A DNA stretch of 64,000 nucleotides from a bacterium (GTDB taxonomy: Bacteria; UBA8248). The stretch lies in NCBI GenBank assembly GCA_965213685.1, contig CBDBZY010000064.1, positions 960,001 through 1,024,000 on the forward strand, in the 5' to 3' direction. Each line of letters starts with the position of its first letter. Positions within the stretch are counted from its first letter, which is position 1. A program made the position numbers and the translations under genes. Below, in pieces: positions 35,221-48,650 of this stretch. The notes beneath the pieces are model-generated. The model was not told where the DNA came from. It saw only the letters and a list, made by a program, of their open reading frames with translations, and made no database searches.

Positions 35221-35408
35221 CCTACATTCCAAGAGTTTGTCCAGTTTATGCCACTCAATGAATACAATGAGCACTTCAGCCCATTTTTGGAGCTCTGTCA
35301 CCCATGTGCCATTCACTATGACTTTTATGCCAACTTCTGCCAAAGACCTTACATTATGACCTGTATGCCCTTATGAATTATCTCACCATCCCCCCTTCAT
35401 ACTACCCT
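35221..35408 (+). pseudogene. Relic of the same divergent sulfotransferase paralog (middle part)
   Basis: Reads PTFQEFVQF..NEYNEHFSPFLELCHPCAIHYDFYANF, then after a frameshift KTLHYDLYALMNYLTIPPSYY; overlaps the 14491 relic by about 70 nt. Confidence 0.8.
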
Positions 35409-37108
35409 TCAAATATGGAGTGTATACACTCACCATGGTCATAGGCAATGTACATAGTATGTGCATGGAGGAGTGAGCTTCATGGTAGTGTGGGAAGTGC
35501 CAAGGTACCATGTACGTATATACTAGCTGTATGTGTATGATGCATGAACAAGTGCACAAAGTGACAATGTTTGTGTTGTACACTGTACAGTGGTCAAAAC
35601 TGTAGTTTGTTGAGTAGCCTATATAGTTCCCAGGCGTTGGTTGGGGCCAAGTACTAGGCTGTGGATAGTGTTGCTTCGTGTAGAATGAGGTCAAAATGAA
35701 TCACTATGGCACAACATTACACAGTCATATAATGATATCAGGTTAATATCATGCATGAGGCAGAGGAGATACCATGCACAATGCTTTAGGTTAGTACTGG
35801 CTCAGTGACTCCCAGTAACTCTGCATGACTCCACTGTTCCTCAGGATAGAGATGATAGTAAAAGTCCAATTCCACAAATATTCGTTGAAACAAGCGATAC
35901 TTTAGCTCAGGGGATAACTGTGAGTAGTATTTATGTAGCAACACTCTCGTCTCCTTCCAAGGATTGTGTGCGCTATGATCAGTGAAATATTCTGTGCTTG
36001 CATTGAGCCTTTGTACCAAGAGATGAACTTCTCTAGAGTAGTTCTTGAAGTTAGCATAGAAATGGTAGCGTACCAAGCAAGGTTGTGAAACACTGAGAAT
36101 TGAAGCAAAGTGTTCATTTAAGGAGTCATCGTCTGAATCAAGAATCCACTGAATATAGTCAGAAAAGGTCAACTGCAGGTCATGCGTTCCTCTGGCCTGT
36201 GCCCATTTCAAGAAGTCCAAAGGCCTATACTCTGTCATGATCCAGTGTTTGTGTAACTCAAAAAGATCTATTCCTTTCTGAAATGTGGGTTTTTAAAGCA
36301 TAATATGACTGTATGAAATGTTGAATGTGAGAATGTGCTCGCGTTTGTTACAATATGCTGACACCAACCGCTCCAGAGGATTACGTATCATCATAAACTT
36401 GTAATATGCTTTAATTCTCTTCATTCTCTCCTTATCCGTAAGTGTTGTATTTAAAAATGATGCCTTCTGTATAGCAGGAGTGAGGTACTGTGACTCAGAA
36501 ATTGTAACCATCTTGGCAGTCTCTTTTGGTAACTGTCCATTTATTATGAATACCAACCGTCTAAGATTTGTGCAGCCAGCCTTATGAGAGAGATGGATCT
36601 CATTTGTAACAAATCACACGTGTACAGTACATATGTTGAACAGTAACTACATTTTAATACTCTGGGAATATTAAGGGGTATATTTGACTTCCAATGAAAC
36701 TTCTCTTGAGTTGGTATGGGTTTAAAGCTACAAAATCTGTGGAGTGGAGTTCATTCCTACATTGTGATTCTTGTATTTGGGTTCCATGAATTTTTATCAG
36801 CACATGAATAGATGAAAACAGAATTGCCTAGCTAGGCCATGAATGGCCCTCAGGCTGAGCAGTCACCCAATGTGCAGTATGCACAGTCATGCATATCCAC
36901 ATCACATGTATGAATGGTTCAAGTTCGTTATGTCAGTAAATATGTATTAGTTATATCACGGCTAGGAGGGATGTTGCGGGTTTATAGACCCGAGGGGTGA
37001 GAAGTGTGAAGAAGCCCAAGATTATGCCATGTTACCTAACATACTACACTGTTGCTTATGGCAATGGGACTATATCAGGTGTGAGGGACTATATCTCCCC
37101 ATAGGGTT

Positions 37109-37230
37109 CAGATATAGTCACCTCCACACCAGATATAGTCACCTCAACACCAGATATAGTCACCTCGACACCAGATATAGTCACCTCAACACCAGATATA
37201 GTCACCTCGACACCAGATATAGTCACCTTC
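37109..37230 (+). repeat. 21-bp minisatellite, about 6 units
   Basis: Paralog of 16500-16558. Confidence 0.88.
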
Positions 37231-38149
37231 AGCTTCCTGTAGTTGTTTTAAAGCACCTCCATAATCTTAGCAACCACCTAGCAATGGGCTATAAGGGTTT
37301 CTAAAGTACAACTCTTTGTACACCATTAACTATAATTACAAAAATTGTGCTATACAGTTGAACTGTAGGCAAGGGTTGGTTGTGTAGGTAATCAATTTCA
37401 ATGATGGCTTGCTCCCACAACAATACATTGCAATGCTCTGTACACGTCCCTGCACTGCAGCCATTGGAGAATTACATTAACCAGTAAGTAAGGTTATCTC
37501 AGTTGCATCTTTGTTCTCTTTACACCATACATTCTTGTTCTTAAGACCAAGAGTTATGAAAGGTTAACTGAAGCACGGCAGGTAAACCATATACTTTATG
37601 TACACAACCAATGTTATGGTTCTAAATGATTACTGTTATTCCATACTAGAGTAATTGAATGTGAGAAACCAGACAAATATCTTTCATGCACAATCAGCAA
37701 CAAGGTCGTGGATACTGTTTTTTCATCCAGTGTGGATTGAACTACTGAAGTAACTCACCAACCCTTGCCTACATTCCAACTATGTAATAATTCTTGTAAT
37801 GGTGAAAAGTGTACAAATAAATGTGCCAATGAAAGGTTACTGACATAACATTCCATATATATTAGCTTGAACCATTCAAATGTCCTATGCAACTCTATAT
37901 ACCGTACCTTTGGTAAAAAGCAGAATATGAACTTTTTCTTGTCATCGAAGATAAGGTGTCTGAAAAAACTTCTCCTGATAGCTGACTTCACACTGGGTAA
38001 AACAGCGGAGTTGCTCATGTTGTACTTACTGCAGAACCTATCCACTTGCAATACTTGCCACTGTGAAAATAGAAGTTTGCAATGATGAACACTATTACAA
38101 CCAGACCTACATACATGATGTTACACCTGTATAGTAATAAGTATCAGAG

Positions 38150-39992
38150 TAATCTTGCGTGGCCAGACTCTCTCCGCAAGCGAGAGTCTGGTCAACTGCC
38201 CATATAGGACTTGTTCTTCACACTACCAAAAAAAAGGGGAGGTTAAGTGGTTGGTGGCCACAATGTGCAACATTGCCTAGCAAGACACGCCTAGTATAGC
38301 ATAGTGATGCACATGTACAGTTTAACTCATATCCTGTAGATCATTCCTCTAGCTATAAGATCACTACTCCCTTTTCTGTGTGTAAGTAGCATTTGACTAG
38401 TGAGACCCTGCTTTTAGAGGTACAGGCAGTATTATTGTCCAAGGCAGCAGGCATGACAGAGAAAATGGAGCTTGAAGATGCAACATCAGCAGCTGCAGTG
38501 GAAATGGGCACAAGGAACTGAAGGATAAGCAGAGCCATATTGACATTTGTTCAAGGGCAAGACACCTTTGTGTCACTTCCTACTGGATATGGAAAAATCA
38601 ATGATTTATGCTTTGTTACCACTAGTCTTTGACAAAGTTAAAGGTGTGATGTGTTTGCTAGATAGTTGCCAAAGTATGTACACATTAAATGATCCACTGT
38701 TCATATGCAGGGTGTACTGGGAGTATTGTTGTGTGCATATTAGTCCAATGACCTCAATAATGATGGACTAGACTAGTATTGCATAGTGTTGCACATGTAC
38801 AGTTTAACTCATATCCTGTAGATCATTCCTCTAGCTATAAGATCACTACTCCCTTTTCTGTGTGTAAGTAGCATTTGACTAGTGAGACCCTGCTTTTAGA
38901 GGTACAGGCAGTATTATTGTCCAAGGCAGCAGGCACGACAGAGAAAATGGAGCTTGAAGATGCAACATCAGCAGCTGCAGTGGAAATGGGCACAAGGAAC
39001 TGAAGCTAGGATAAGCAGAGCCATATTGACATTTGTTCAAGGGCAAGACACCTTTGTGTCACTTCCTACTGGATATGGAAAAATCAATGATTTATGCTTT
39101 GTTACCACTAGTCTTTGACAAAGTTAAAGGTGTGATGTGTTTGCTAGATAGTTGCCAAAGTATGTACACATTAAATGATCCACTGTTCATATGCAGGGTG
39201 TACTGGGAGTATTGTTGTGTGCATATTAGTCCAATGACCTCAATAATGATGGACTAGACAGCCAAATATTCACCTAAGGGTCTGTCAACAGAATTTGTTG
39301 GTAAAGCACAAACAGACAGTAATGTAATGTAATCTACTTTACATCAGCCCAGAAAGCACTTGTGGTTGATGAAGTGCACTGTGTAGGTTCAGAGTTGCCT
39401 TTGCAAGGATAGGAGACATGAGAGCAATTATTCCATTGTCCCTGCACTCACAGGCACTGCTACCAGAAACACTCGACATGTGTACGAGAAATTGGCACTT
39501 AGAAATTTTGCTGTTGTTGCTCTTTTACCACACCGATCTATAATACCACATATCATGTTCACCATAGTCCTATAGGTTGATGAATTTAGTTCAATGATCA
39601 GCACTCAACTTGCAGTACAATGTACTACTTATGCAAAACCTGTGGTATTTTGTCAAACATACAATGATTGCTCACAACTATTTCTCTTTCAATTAAAAAG
39701 AAGCTGAGCAACATACCACTACTAGTGTGGTGACTTTAACCCAAAGAAAATCAGACTAACTACAGACATGAAATGTAGTGAACATATGAGGCAAAAAGAG
39801 TGCATGAAAAAATGAAATGATAAGAGGCAGCAGAGTACAAAAATGTACATGTGCAACACTACCAATGTATTGTGGCCAGCACCCACTTACGCAACCCCGA
39901 TATTTGGGGGGGGACAAGAATAAGTCCTACGTATATGGGCAGTTGACCAGACTCTCTCTCGCTTGCAGAGAGAGTCTGGCTACATGAGACTA
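38150..39992 (+). mobile_element. AcademH-like element with both TIRs, 9-bp TSD and decayed RecQ-type helicase
   Basis: gtatcagag[TAATCTTGCGTGGCCAGACTCTCT...AGAGAGTCTGGCTACATGAGACTA]gtaccagag (TSD 8/9); TIRs about 75 bp; LPTGYGKS and VDEVHC motifs; internal tandem duplication 38291-38772/38773-39258. Confidence 0.82.
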
Positions 39993-40674
39993 GTACCAGA
40001 GAGTCAGTAGTCTAGACTCTAATAAGGCTCGATCGTAGCATAGCCTTCGACCCTTGCTGAGGCAGCACACTAGTCATAAACGAAAACATAATGCCACACC
40101 AGCCACTCCCTTTTTCGCCCCTGGGTTCAGGAGCTGACGTGGTGTTTCAGATGCAGCTGGCAACAAACCTTGGATAGCCATTGCGATTTCAACAATGAGC
40201 ATGTGCAGTATATAAACTGGGCGTGCCCGGGCTTAAAAACCGGCACGGCCATGGCCATGGCCACATCCTATGGCTTATATAGGATTTGTCTATGGAGAGA
40301 TGGCACCAACATGCCCATAATGGTTCAGTTCTAGGTAGCATTGCTCTACCCAACCAGTTCCAAAATGTAGAGGGGTGTACATGTACGTAGGGGTGGCAGT
40401 GCCAAACACTTCAAGCACTAGGTGTAGTGGTGACAGTGCGCAAGTAAGACAGTGCATACAAAGACAACACCACTTTCCCATACTCATACAATGGGTAGGT
40501 GGCCAATTAATGCTCTATTAAATACATGGGTATTAGATGGCATAAGGAAAATATAATAGCCTGTAGGTTACTCATGCACGCTTGCCTAACATTGCCCTGG
40601 ATTAACATAAATTATGTCTAAAGGCAAGCTTAAGGCCACTGAAACCTACACACAAATGTGCACACACACATGCA

Positions 40675-40718
<44 letters not shown>

Positions 40719-41581
40719 TGCACAAAGGAGACTCAGTATTATGACCAAGTATACTCCCAACTATGTATACATATAGTATAGCAGGGGCGTAGGAGCCAGT
40801 ACGGCTACTCCGGCTTTGGCCGTAGTAGATTTTGGCCCCACGTACTTAGTTAGTTTGCTTTGTGCTACTTACTCTCATGCTACATCACTACGCGCTATAG
40901 TCCTTGTCACTGAGCGAGATCAGTGCCGGGTGCGGCTTACGCATGTGCATTACTAATAGCCTAGTACTAGACACATGCATGTCGAGCTGTAGTATTGAGA
41001 TACATGTTCAAAGCAACTACATGAGCATACCTTTTGCAGACACTAATGTTCAGGATTGAGGGGTGGGGACATGTATGTAGAGGGGTGTGTCTGGCCTTAC
41101 TAGATCTGTTATGCTTTCTACTCCTCTGTATACATGTCTGAGGGCTGTTCTCAGCCTGTTCAGTTCTGATTGTGAAGAGCATACAAACATAGGTACTTGT
41201 GCAGAGCATGGCAATGTATTGTTGCAGATCGGTGAGACTGATTACCTACATAGCCAACCATTGCTTACATTTCAACTGCATAGAACAATGGTGAATGGTC
41301 TTTAGAAATTCAACAAAAGGGTACTAACATAACGTTCCTTTTTAACTCGAACCATTCACATATACATGTCTGAGGGCCGTTCTCAGCCTAGGGATTTGTG
41401 GTTTTGATGTTTTCATGTACAAAGAAGGTCAGCAGTATAGAAGTAGTCAAAAAGGGCACAAATACATAGTAGGTCACAGAAGGCAAATTCTGACTGGGGA
41501 TGCATGTTAAATGCCTTTGCGAATGTAGTTTTCTACAAGCAGCACTCTGCAGAATGTGGCTCACCTCTAGAGACTGCACTT

Positions 41582-41680
<99 letters not shown>

Positions 41681-41738
41681 ACAAAGAGGACTCAGTAATA
41701 TGACTAAATAACCCAACTATGTATACATGCATACATGT

Positions 41739-42137
41739 CTGAGGCAGCTCTTCTTTTCTCTTGGGAAAAAAGGAGTTGTCTTCAGGTGTAGTTGCTTTGC
41801 TTTGCCTGGTCTCAATGACTGATCATTCATGTAATTACCCAACACAGAGATGGGTGCCTTGGTGGTTTGATTACCCCGGCCCACTCAAGCTCTACAGTAC
41901 TGAGGTAGAGTAACCCTGTTTATCAGGGAAGAGACGCCTTTGCCCTTGCATAACATTTAAATGGCCCAGCCGAGCTGCCTCAGTGGCTTAGTTGGTAGAG
42001 CGTCTGCCTGGTACGCACAACATCATGAGTTCAAATCCCACCTGAGGCAGCTCTTCTTTTTCTCTTGGGAAAAATGGAGTTGTCTTCAGGCGTAGTTGCT
42101 TTGCTTTGCCTGGTCTCAATGACTGATCATTCATGTA
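41739..42137 (+). mobile_element. tRNA-containing repeat with about 95-bp terminal direct repeats (period 303 bp)
   Basis: 41739-41833 ~ 42042-42137; tRNA-like core at 41972-42053. Confidence 0.6.
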
Positions 42138-44709
42138 CAAAGCTGAAGGAAGTAGTCAGAAGGGTGTGAATAGTAGGTCAGAGAAGGCAAATTCTGACTA
42201 TGAGTATCAGGGGTACATGCTAAATGCCTTCCTCCTCATTCATGAGTGTCTCAGTTTGTCTACAAGCAGCATTCTGCAGAATGTTGTTCACCTCTAGATA
42301 CTTATGCACTAGTTGAAATGTTTGCATACATGTGAACTGTGTACTACCACTCACCTTACTCCGTGCTGATATATCCGGGTTTTGTGACACACTGATGATT
42401 CTCAGTGTCTCATTCAAAGACAGATGAGGTATTGTTGTTGGTGACTCTATGTCAGGTCTACTACCAGATGGCATGGGAAGTAGTGTCTCAGTCCCATAGC
42501 TGAGGTAATCCTCTTCCCGTACTTCTTCAGCCCACTTCAGATTCCTTCCTGTTCTGTTAATGTTGTCATGAATGGCTGAGAACATGGCTGAGAACTTGGT
42601 GGAGCCATTACTCAGTTGTGCTGGGGTTAGAATGATAGTATAGTGAGTAGACAATATCCCAGTTTGTTATACATGTAGGTGTGCCCTATAGACCTTAACA
42701 CACTATAAGTGACATACGTGCATGGGGTATGGGGCTTAGCTACAGTAGGACCACTTTTCTTGGTGAAATTCACAATTCATAGGTATTCCTACCAAACTCA
42801 TTTTGCATGTGCAAGTATGCACTTGGAGCTTCACTCTCTCCCCATTGCTGAGTGTGTGGCTACATGTGGTGTGGCTAGTGTTTGCTGTAGGTAGCTGGGT
42901 AAGTACATATAACTGGTATGCATGATTGCATTCACAATGCCATGTGTTGTTAGGTGCCTATGAATAATTAATAAGAGCAATCACACAAATACTCTCATCT
43001 TCTACTGCCCCAGTGATACATATTGCTCACAGTATTGTCACTGTGTGTTGGTTGATGTTTCACAATTCAACCAAATATTTCCACATGTACATACAAATGT
43101 CTTATGGTATAGCTTACGTACAGGTATTGTATGGACTCAGATGTAGGTACTCAATGATAATGAGCAGGGAAGTAGTCAGCAGCAAGGTAAGTACACCCGC
43201 CTTGACCTTTATATGCATCTGAAAAGAATAGAAAGTACCAACGGTTATTTAGAGTACATTAACATGTACATGTACAATGGAAATACTAGGCTTTGTACTC
43301 ATTGCCACTTCATTGGAGTGGCTTTCCTCATAGCAGGCACTACCACTGGAAATGAGAGTGGATACCATTAACAAGTGGAGTTGGAATTATTTGTCAAAGT
43401 AGCTACTGCATCACAACCAACGGAATGCATCAAGACATACGAACAGAGCAACTCCTCCCTGAGGACAACCGCTACTATGGCATAAGATGCTATCCTAGCA
43501 TCATTTCATTTCAATTAATGTATAGACCACATGAAGGAATATGGTGTACAATTCATAAGCTACTGAAGTATGGTATGTGCTTAGTGTTTAGCCTGTACAC
43601 ACATAAACATTAGAAGGCTCTGCATGTTCAAAAATGTAACAAGTATTAACAGCAAGTGAGTACGTCATAACCAGTTTAGTAATACTGTGACTAGGGGGTT
43701 ACTGTTGAGTATAGAAACACAAGAATACATGTATCTCCCTCAGTATTTATGCATGTGACCCATACCCTCAGTAGTCTAGCACGCTAGACCCTCTCCTTCC
43801 ACTACGCACGCAATGAAGCCACATGTGGGGAGAGAAGAGACTGCAAGTGAGTGATAGCAGTTAGATTTGGGAGTGTGTCTTCTCCAGGGCTGTATCCCAA
43901 TGCTACATTTGACGCTGAGGTTAATGGCCCCACAGCCTGAGGGCGTGGCATGCAGTGGTTCACACATGCGCACGATGAGGGAACTTGGAAGTCATGTGAC
44001 AGTTGGCGGTAGATGGACAGAGCTGGCTCATTGGTGGCTGCTCTTGTGAGAGCAAAGCTTTCCCACCCACCCATCCTTAGGCTGTGTATGGGTTATATGC
44101 AAAAGGGGGAAGGGTCTTTGAGTAGTCATTGCTCTGGGAGAGTGTTTCATGACAGGCCGGCTCTGCATCTCCAGGTGAATCCGTGACTGTGTCTGGGCAG
44201 GAGGGGCAGGTGGGCCACTCCTCTCACCCAAGCTTGCAGGCGCAACCCGGAGGGGTGGGGGGGGGGGGGGGGGGCAATTTGCCTGAGGCCACTCCCCTCT
44301 TGTCCGCCAACCCAGGGCAATACTCTACTATAGGTAGTAGGGGTACTATCTGGTAGGGGTAGCTAGTCTGGACGCTGTACCACACCCATTTTCGATGGAA
44401 ATACTGGTCAGGCCATGGCCTGACTGGCCGGAGTGCTTCCTGCGCTCCCTGCATGGCAGTGACCTCCCATTGTGGCACCACATGTCAAGTTCCTGTCACA
44501 ACACACTCTACTCTGGTCAAGAGACTCCCTACACATTCCACAGTCTCAAGGGTATAGGAGAAGTAAGAACCTAGTGTGGGAGTGACATGATGACATTGCA
44601 GCTGCAACTGAGATAACCACTATTGCAGTGTGGCGGGAGTGACATGATGACATTTCAGTAAAGTATAGAGTACAATATTAAAAAGCAAGGATCAGTTTCT
44701 GTGGCTTAC

Positions 44710-45470
44710 GTTTTTACATCAGAGAGAAAACTGCCGAGTTCTTCAAGGTTGTTTTGATTATGGTTGATCACTGCAAAAGTAAATGCATGTACAATGTATA
44801 TTGTAGGCTAACCAGATTAGGATTTCAAATCCGCTATTATTCGTATACAGTATAGGTTTGTAGCCATATGCAAAACAGTTACCAATCCTCGCGCCAACCT
44901 TACTTTCCAAAATACAAAATGAAAACCTACCGCTATTTTACTAGTTTACGCCGTATACACGTAGCAACGCGCCTTGTCCAGGGAGACGTCAACTCAGCCA
45001 CTAGGGGTACTTCTAGGACTCTCACAAGTAAGTACCCTATCGGTCGCGCACATGCCTTGAAGCTGGATGGCCACGGGAACAAAAACGGCGGTACGAGGCC
45101 GCGCAATGAGGCTGAGCGACGGGGGGTATTGTGTACAGCTGGTGAGCCACGCCTTATCCCGCATGAGAAAGCGTGGCTCCACAAGTCTGCTATAGCTGTT
45201 TTAGAGGTGTATGCGAGCATAATGAGTTGTTCTGCCAGTTCACGCTCGTATACATGTAGCTGTACCGTAACGCACCTTTTTCTGGGGCACTTTAACACAG
45301 CAACTCTCGGGCTTCTTGTAGGACTCACAAGTAGCCCAATGCAGATGGTATGACCCCTTGTTCCCTATTGTCTGACACCCAACTACCTGTCAATACATCA
45401 CTGACCTTTTTAGACCATTAGAAGGATCGTAGGAGGCGCAAACCTTCTGCCTGGTACACCCAGGTCCACT
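44710..45470 (-). promoter_or_regulatory. Putative promoter/5'-UTR module upstream of sulfotransferase copy B
   Basis: Same module; non-coding exon 44710-44770, donor 44925-44930. Confidence 0.55.
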
Positions 45471-45619
45471 GCTTTGTAATATAAGTATATACTACAATGC
45501 AAGAAGTCTCCTTCCCAAGTTTGATGAACTAGGTGCTAGTGTGGAAAATATTGAGCCACTATTATATGCATAGTGGAATTTCAGTGGCGGGTTATATAGG
45601 TTAGACCGGAACAGGCATG

Positions 45620-46017
45620 CAGGGGCGCAACTAGGAATTCTAGAGCGAGGAGGCAATAGCGGCGTGCGCAGTGTGCCGTCAATTAATTAATTAACTACAG
45701 CTAATTATTAACAACTCGACGATGTCCAGAACTTTCCCAGACCTGAAGTAGATACTTCCCCTGGAGGAAGAGTTCGCTCGCGGTTACCCAATGCTACTAA
45801 GTAGTAGGTTACTATTCGCTCCCACGCGTGAGCGGTAGACTCGATTTAGTGCGCTTTCACGCTCACGATGGCTGTACGAAGAACGTAGCTCTTGACAGCA
45901 TTAGTGGATCATCCAGTATATGTATTATAGAGTAGCACGTAGTATAATTCAATTAACTATTATGTCAAAAAGCGAGGAGCGACTGCCTCCTCTGCCTCAA
46001 TGCTAGTTACGCCCCTG
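45620..46017. mobile_element. 398-bp CA..TG MITE with 5-bp TSD (hAT5-like)
   Basis: gcatg[CAGGGGCGCAACTAG...CTAGTTACGCCCCTG]gcatg; empty site acagGCATGgtg near 4989. Confidence 0.85.
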
Positions 46018-46022
46018 GCATG

Positions 46023-48650
46023 GTATTGGAGTCACATTTCTGGATTTTTCCAATCTCTCTTTTTTTCACCACTTTTAAAATCAGCAATTCTTTTTATGCC
46101 ACCATCTTCTCCCCCTGAACATTCCACATCCGAGACCATGATCTTTTTTAAAGATGTTACTCACTTGTATCTCCTTTTTTGAGTTATTACCCTGCTTGTA
46201 GTACTTATGTGTATGCATGTCCATGCCCCTTGGAAGGCATTATTAACTTGCTGTGCGCATGTGTGCGCGGGGTAAGAATATCTGCAACCCGCAGTAGCCT
46301 GTAGTGTGCATTGATGACATGTTTTAGGAGAAAGAACTTCACAGCTGTCACAGTAGAGGCAGGGCTTTTCCCCTTTTCTGGGTCCCTGGTGACTCATTAG
46401 CCTTGTGAGAGCTTGGTGTACCTGCCACCACACTCAAGGGCACTATCCCAAATCCTAGGCCATCTTCACCTCTCTGCTACTGCTGCAATCATGGAGGCTT
46501 TTTCTTTGCACTTCATAACTGACATTATATGCAATAACTCAACTTGAAACAGATACGTACCTTCCCTCCGCAACAATTTCCCAACAAACTCACAACCAAA
46601 CCATTCTTCCAATTCCACACACTCTTTAACCAAACACACAGACTCAATATCATCAACACATGCATGCAACTCCAACTGCATCATCCCTTAACAATCTCTG
46701 GAGAAAAGCCAGCTTTCGTAAAATCCGGCATCTCATTGTTGGCAACTTGAGAGCACCTATTGCAGCTGTGTTCAAGTGGTGTTTTGGCCATTTGAGAATT
46801 CTTTTTACCAACTCCCCTTGAAGACTCATGATTCAGTCATGATCACATTCTCTGATCCATACAACAAAATGGGAACCACACAAGTTTCCAGTATAGAAAC
46901 TGAAGAAAGCGGGGAGAGATTGCCATGAAAAACTCCAATGCTGCCAAAAAGAAAGAAAGCCCTACGAGTTTTCCTCATGTTTTCATCAATTGCTTGTGTA
47001 GTAAGTAAGTCATCCCTCCACCAGTAGCCAAGACATTTACCCTCTTCACTAATAGAAAGAAAGTGGGGAGAGATTGCAATTGCTCGTGTAGCTAGTAAGT
47101 CACCCCTCCACCAGTGAGACATCTACCCTCTTCACTAATAGGGATGTGAGTGCCTTCAAACACATAGGGTGAGGATGGAATGATCAATCTTCTGGAGAAG
47201 AGCTCTATCTCACACTTACTATAATACAAATAGTTTGACTTAGCAAACTCTTGAACCATGCTCACTTGTGCATGAAGGGAGCTTTCAGAGGTGGCCAATC
47301 TACGAATTCTGCATGCAAAAACCCTCCAGCATAGAAGTTGTTAATGGAAGGCCCTAGGCCAGAGACTTGCAGCTTGATCAAAAGTGGGTTCATTACGAGT
47401 AGAAACAGTGTAGGTGACAACACAGAGCCCTGCCTGACTCCTTTCTGAACAATGAAGTCAGAGGACAAGTTTCCACCCTACATCTCACATTATCATACCA
47501 ACTGCGCAATATAACCGCCACACTCTCCAACTGAGAACAACCTCTCCAGCACACAATATTCAACAGAATCAAAAGCTTTCTTCAAATCACAAACACATGT
47601 ACACATGTATACATCACATTGTGAAATTAGTGGGCGTGGTCAAACACCAAAGCTAGGGGGGCGCCAGCACCCCGCGCCCCCCTCCCCCCCCCGGTTCCTA
47701 CGCCCCTGGGTAGTCAAGTAATCCATTTGAAGAGTCTGACATGACTGCAACATAGAGGCAGAGCTAACATCCATCAAGATATAATCAATTGTTGTAGGTG
47801 TGCTACCACTACAATAGGTATACCCAGGACCACTTGCCAAACTGAAACTGCATTAAGATCACACCTCTCCAAGACACCATGCAGTAGATGTCTCTGTGCA
47901 TTCATACCCTCAATGTTGCCTGCAAGATTCAAGTGTGCATTGAAGTCCCCCATCACAATAACAGGGCCAAGTAATTGAGACTCTGTATATATAACCAAGC
48001 ACTCCAGTTCTCGCAAATGCTCCACGTAGACATTCATGCCCTGATCCAGACAAGGCAGGTAGACGTCTAAGACAGACATTGTCACTTTTGTCAGACCCAA
48101 CAAAAATCTCATCCCACATAGTCGATCTGAAGTAATGCCCCCAATTGGAACCCCCCCAAAAGATTTCTTCCAAATCATGCCAATACCACCACAACCTCTA
48201 CCCCCACTACTCTCCTCATTAAGCCTACCATATCAGCTACACCAGTCGCATCATAGTCAGGGTGTATACACGACAACTTGTAAAGATCATAGGGCCATAC
48301 GTGTGTTTTCCTGAAGATTCCCTGCAGTATCTGCATGCAGAGTGTGTAGTGGTCTCACTTGCATCTCACTCCAACCTTGCCAATTCTGAACCCAAATGTC
48401 ACCAATATGCTTCTCTTTAAGTGACTTTCCACCACCAACCTTCTTCCTAGTCACAAGAGCATCCCCTGTACCAACCAAGCCTGAGGGCAAACAAATCATC
48501 TCTCAGACTAACCAGACTACCCTCATCACTGTATCTAAGGAGCTTCCTCAGAAGTCCCTGTCTGCTCAATTCTGAATTTACCCCAAAAGTAGACAGGGAC
48601 TCCATCACGTGAAAAATGCACAATGAAGTAAAGAATGCAAGATACATACA
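46023..48650 (-). mobile_element. Decayed RTEX/L2-like LINE (ORF1 remnant, AP endonuclease, RT)
   Basis: VYLPC..VMGDFNAHL and TTIDYI (APE); GVRQGSVLSPTLF, GGFLHA and CVVPILLYGSE (RT region); many frameshifts. Confidence 0.8.

Noticed and set aside
36238-36556. Frameshift or programmed recoding in sulfotransferase copy B
   Set aside because: Exon length equals copy A (795 nt) and both ORFs share a frame; it is a plain AAA->TAA change with no readthrough signal evident.
37109-37230. Possible CRISPR array
   Set aside because: Head-to-tail 21-bp units with no unique spacers, no cas genes, eukaryotic context.
42055-42135. Hammerhead ribozyme on the minus strand (CTGAAGA...GAAA)
   Set aside because: No pairable stem II between the core motifs and no suitable cleavage-site helices were seen.
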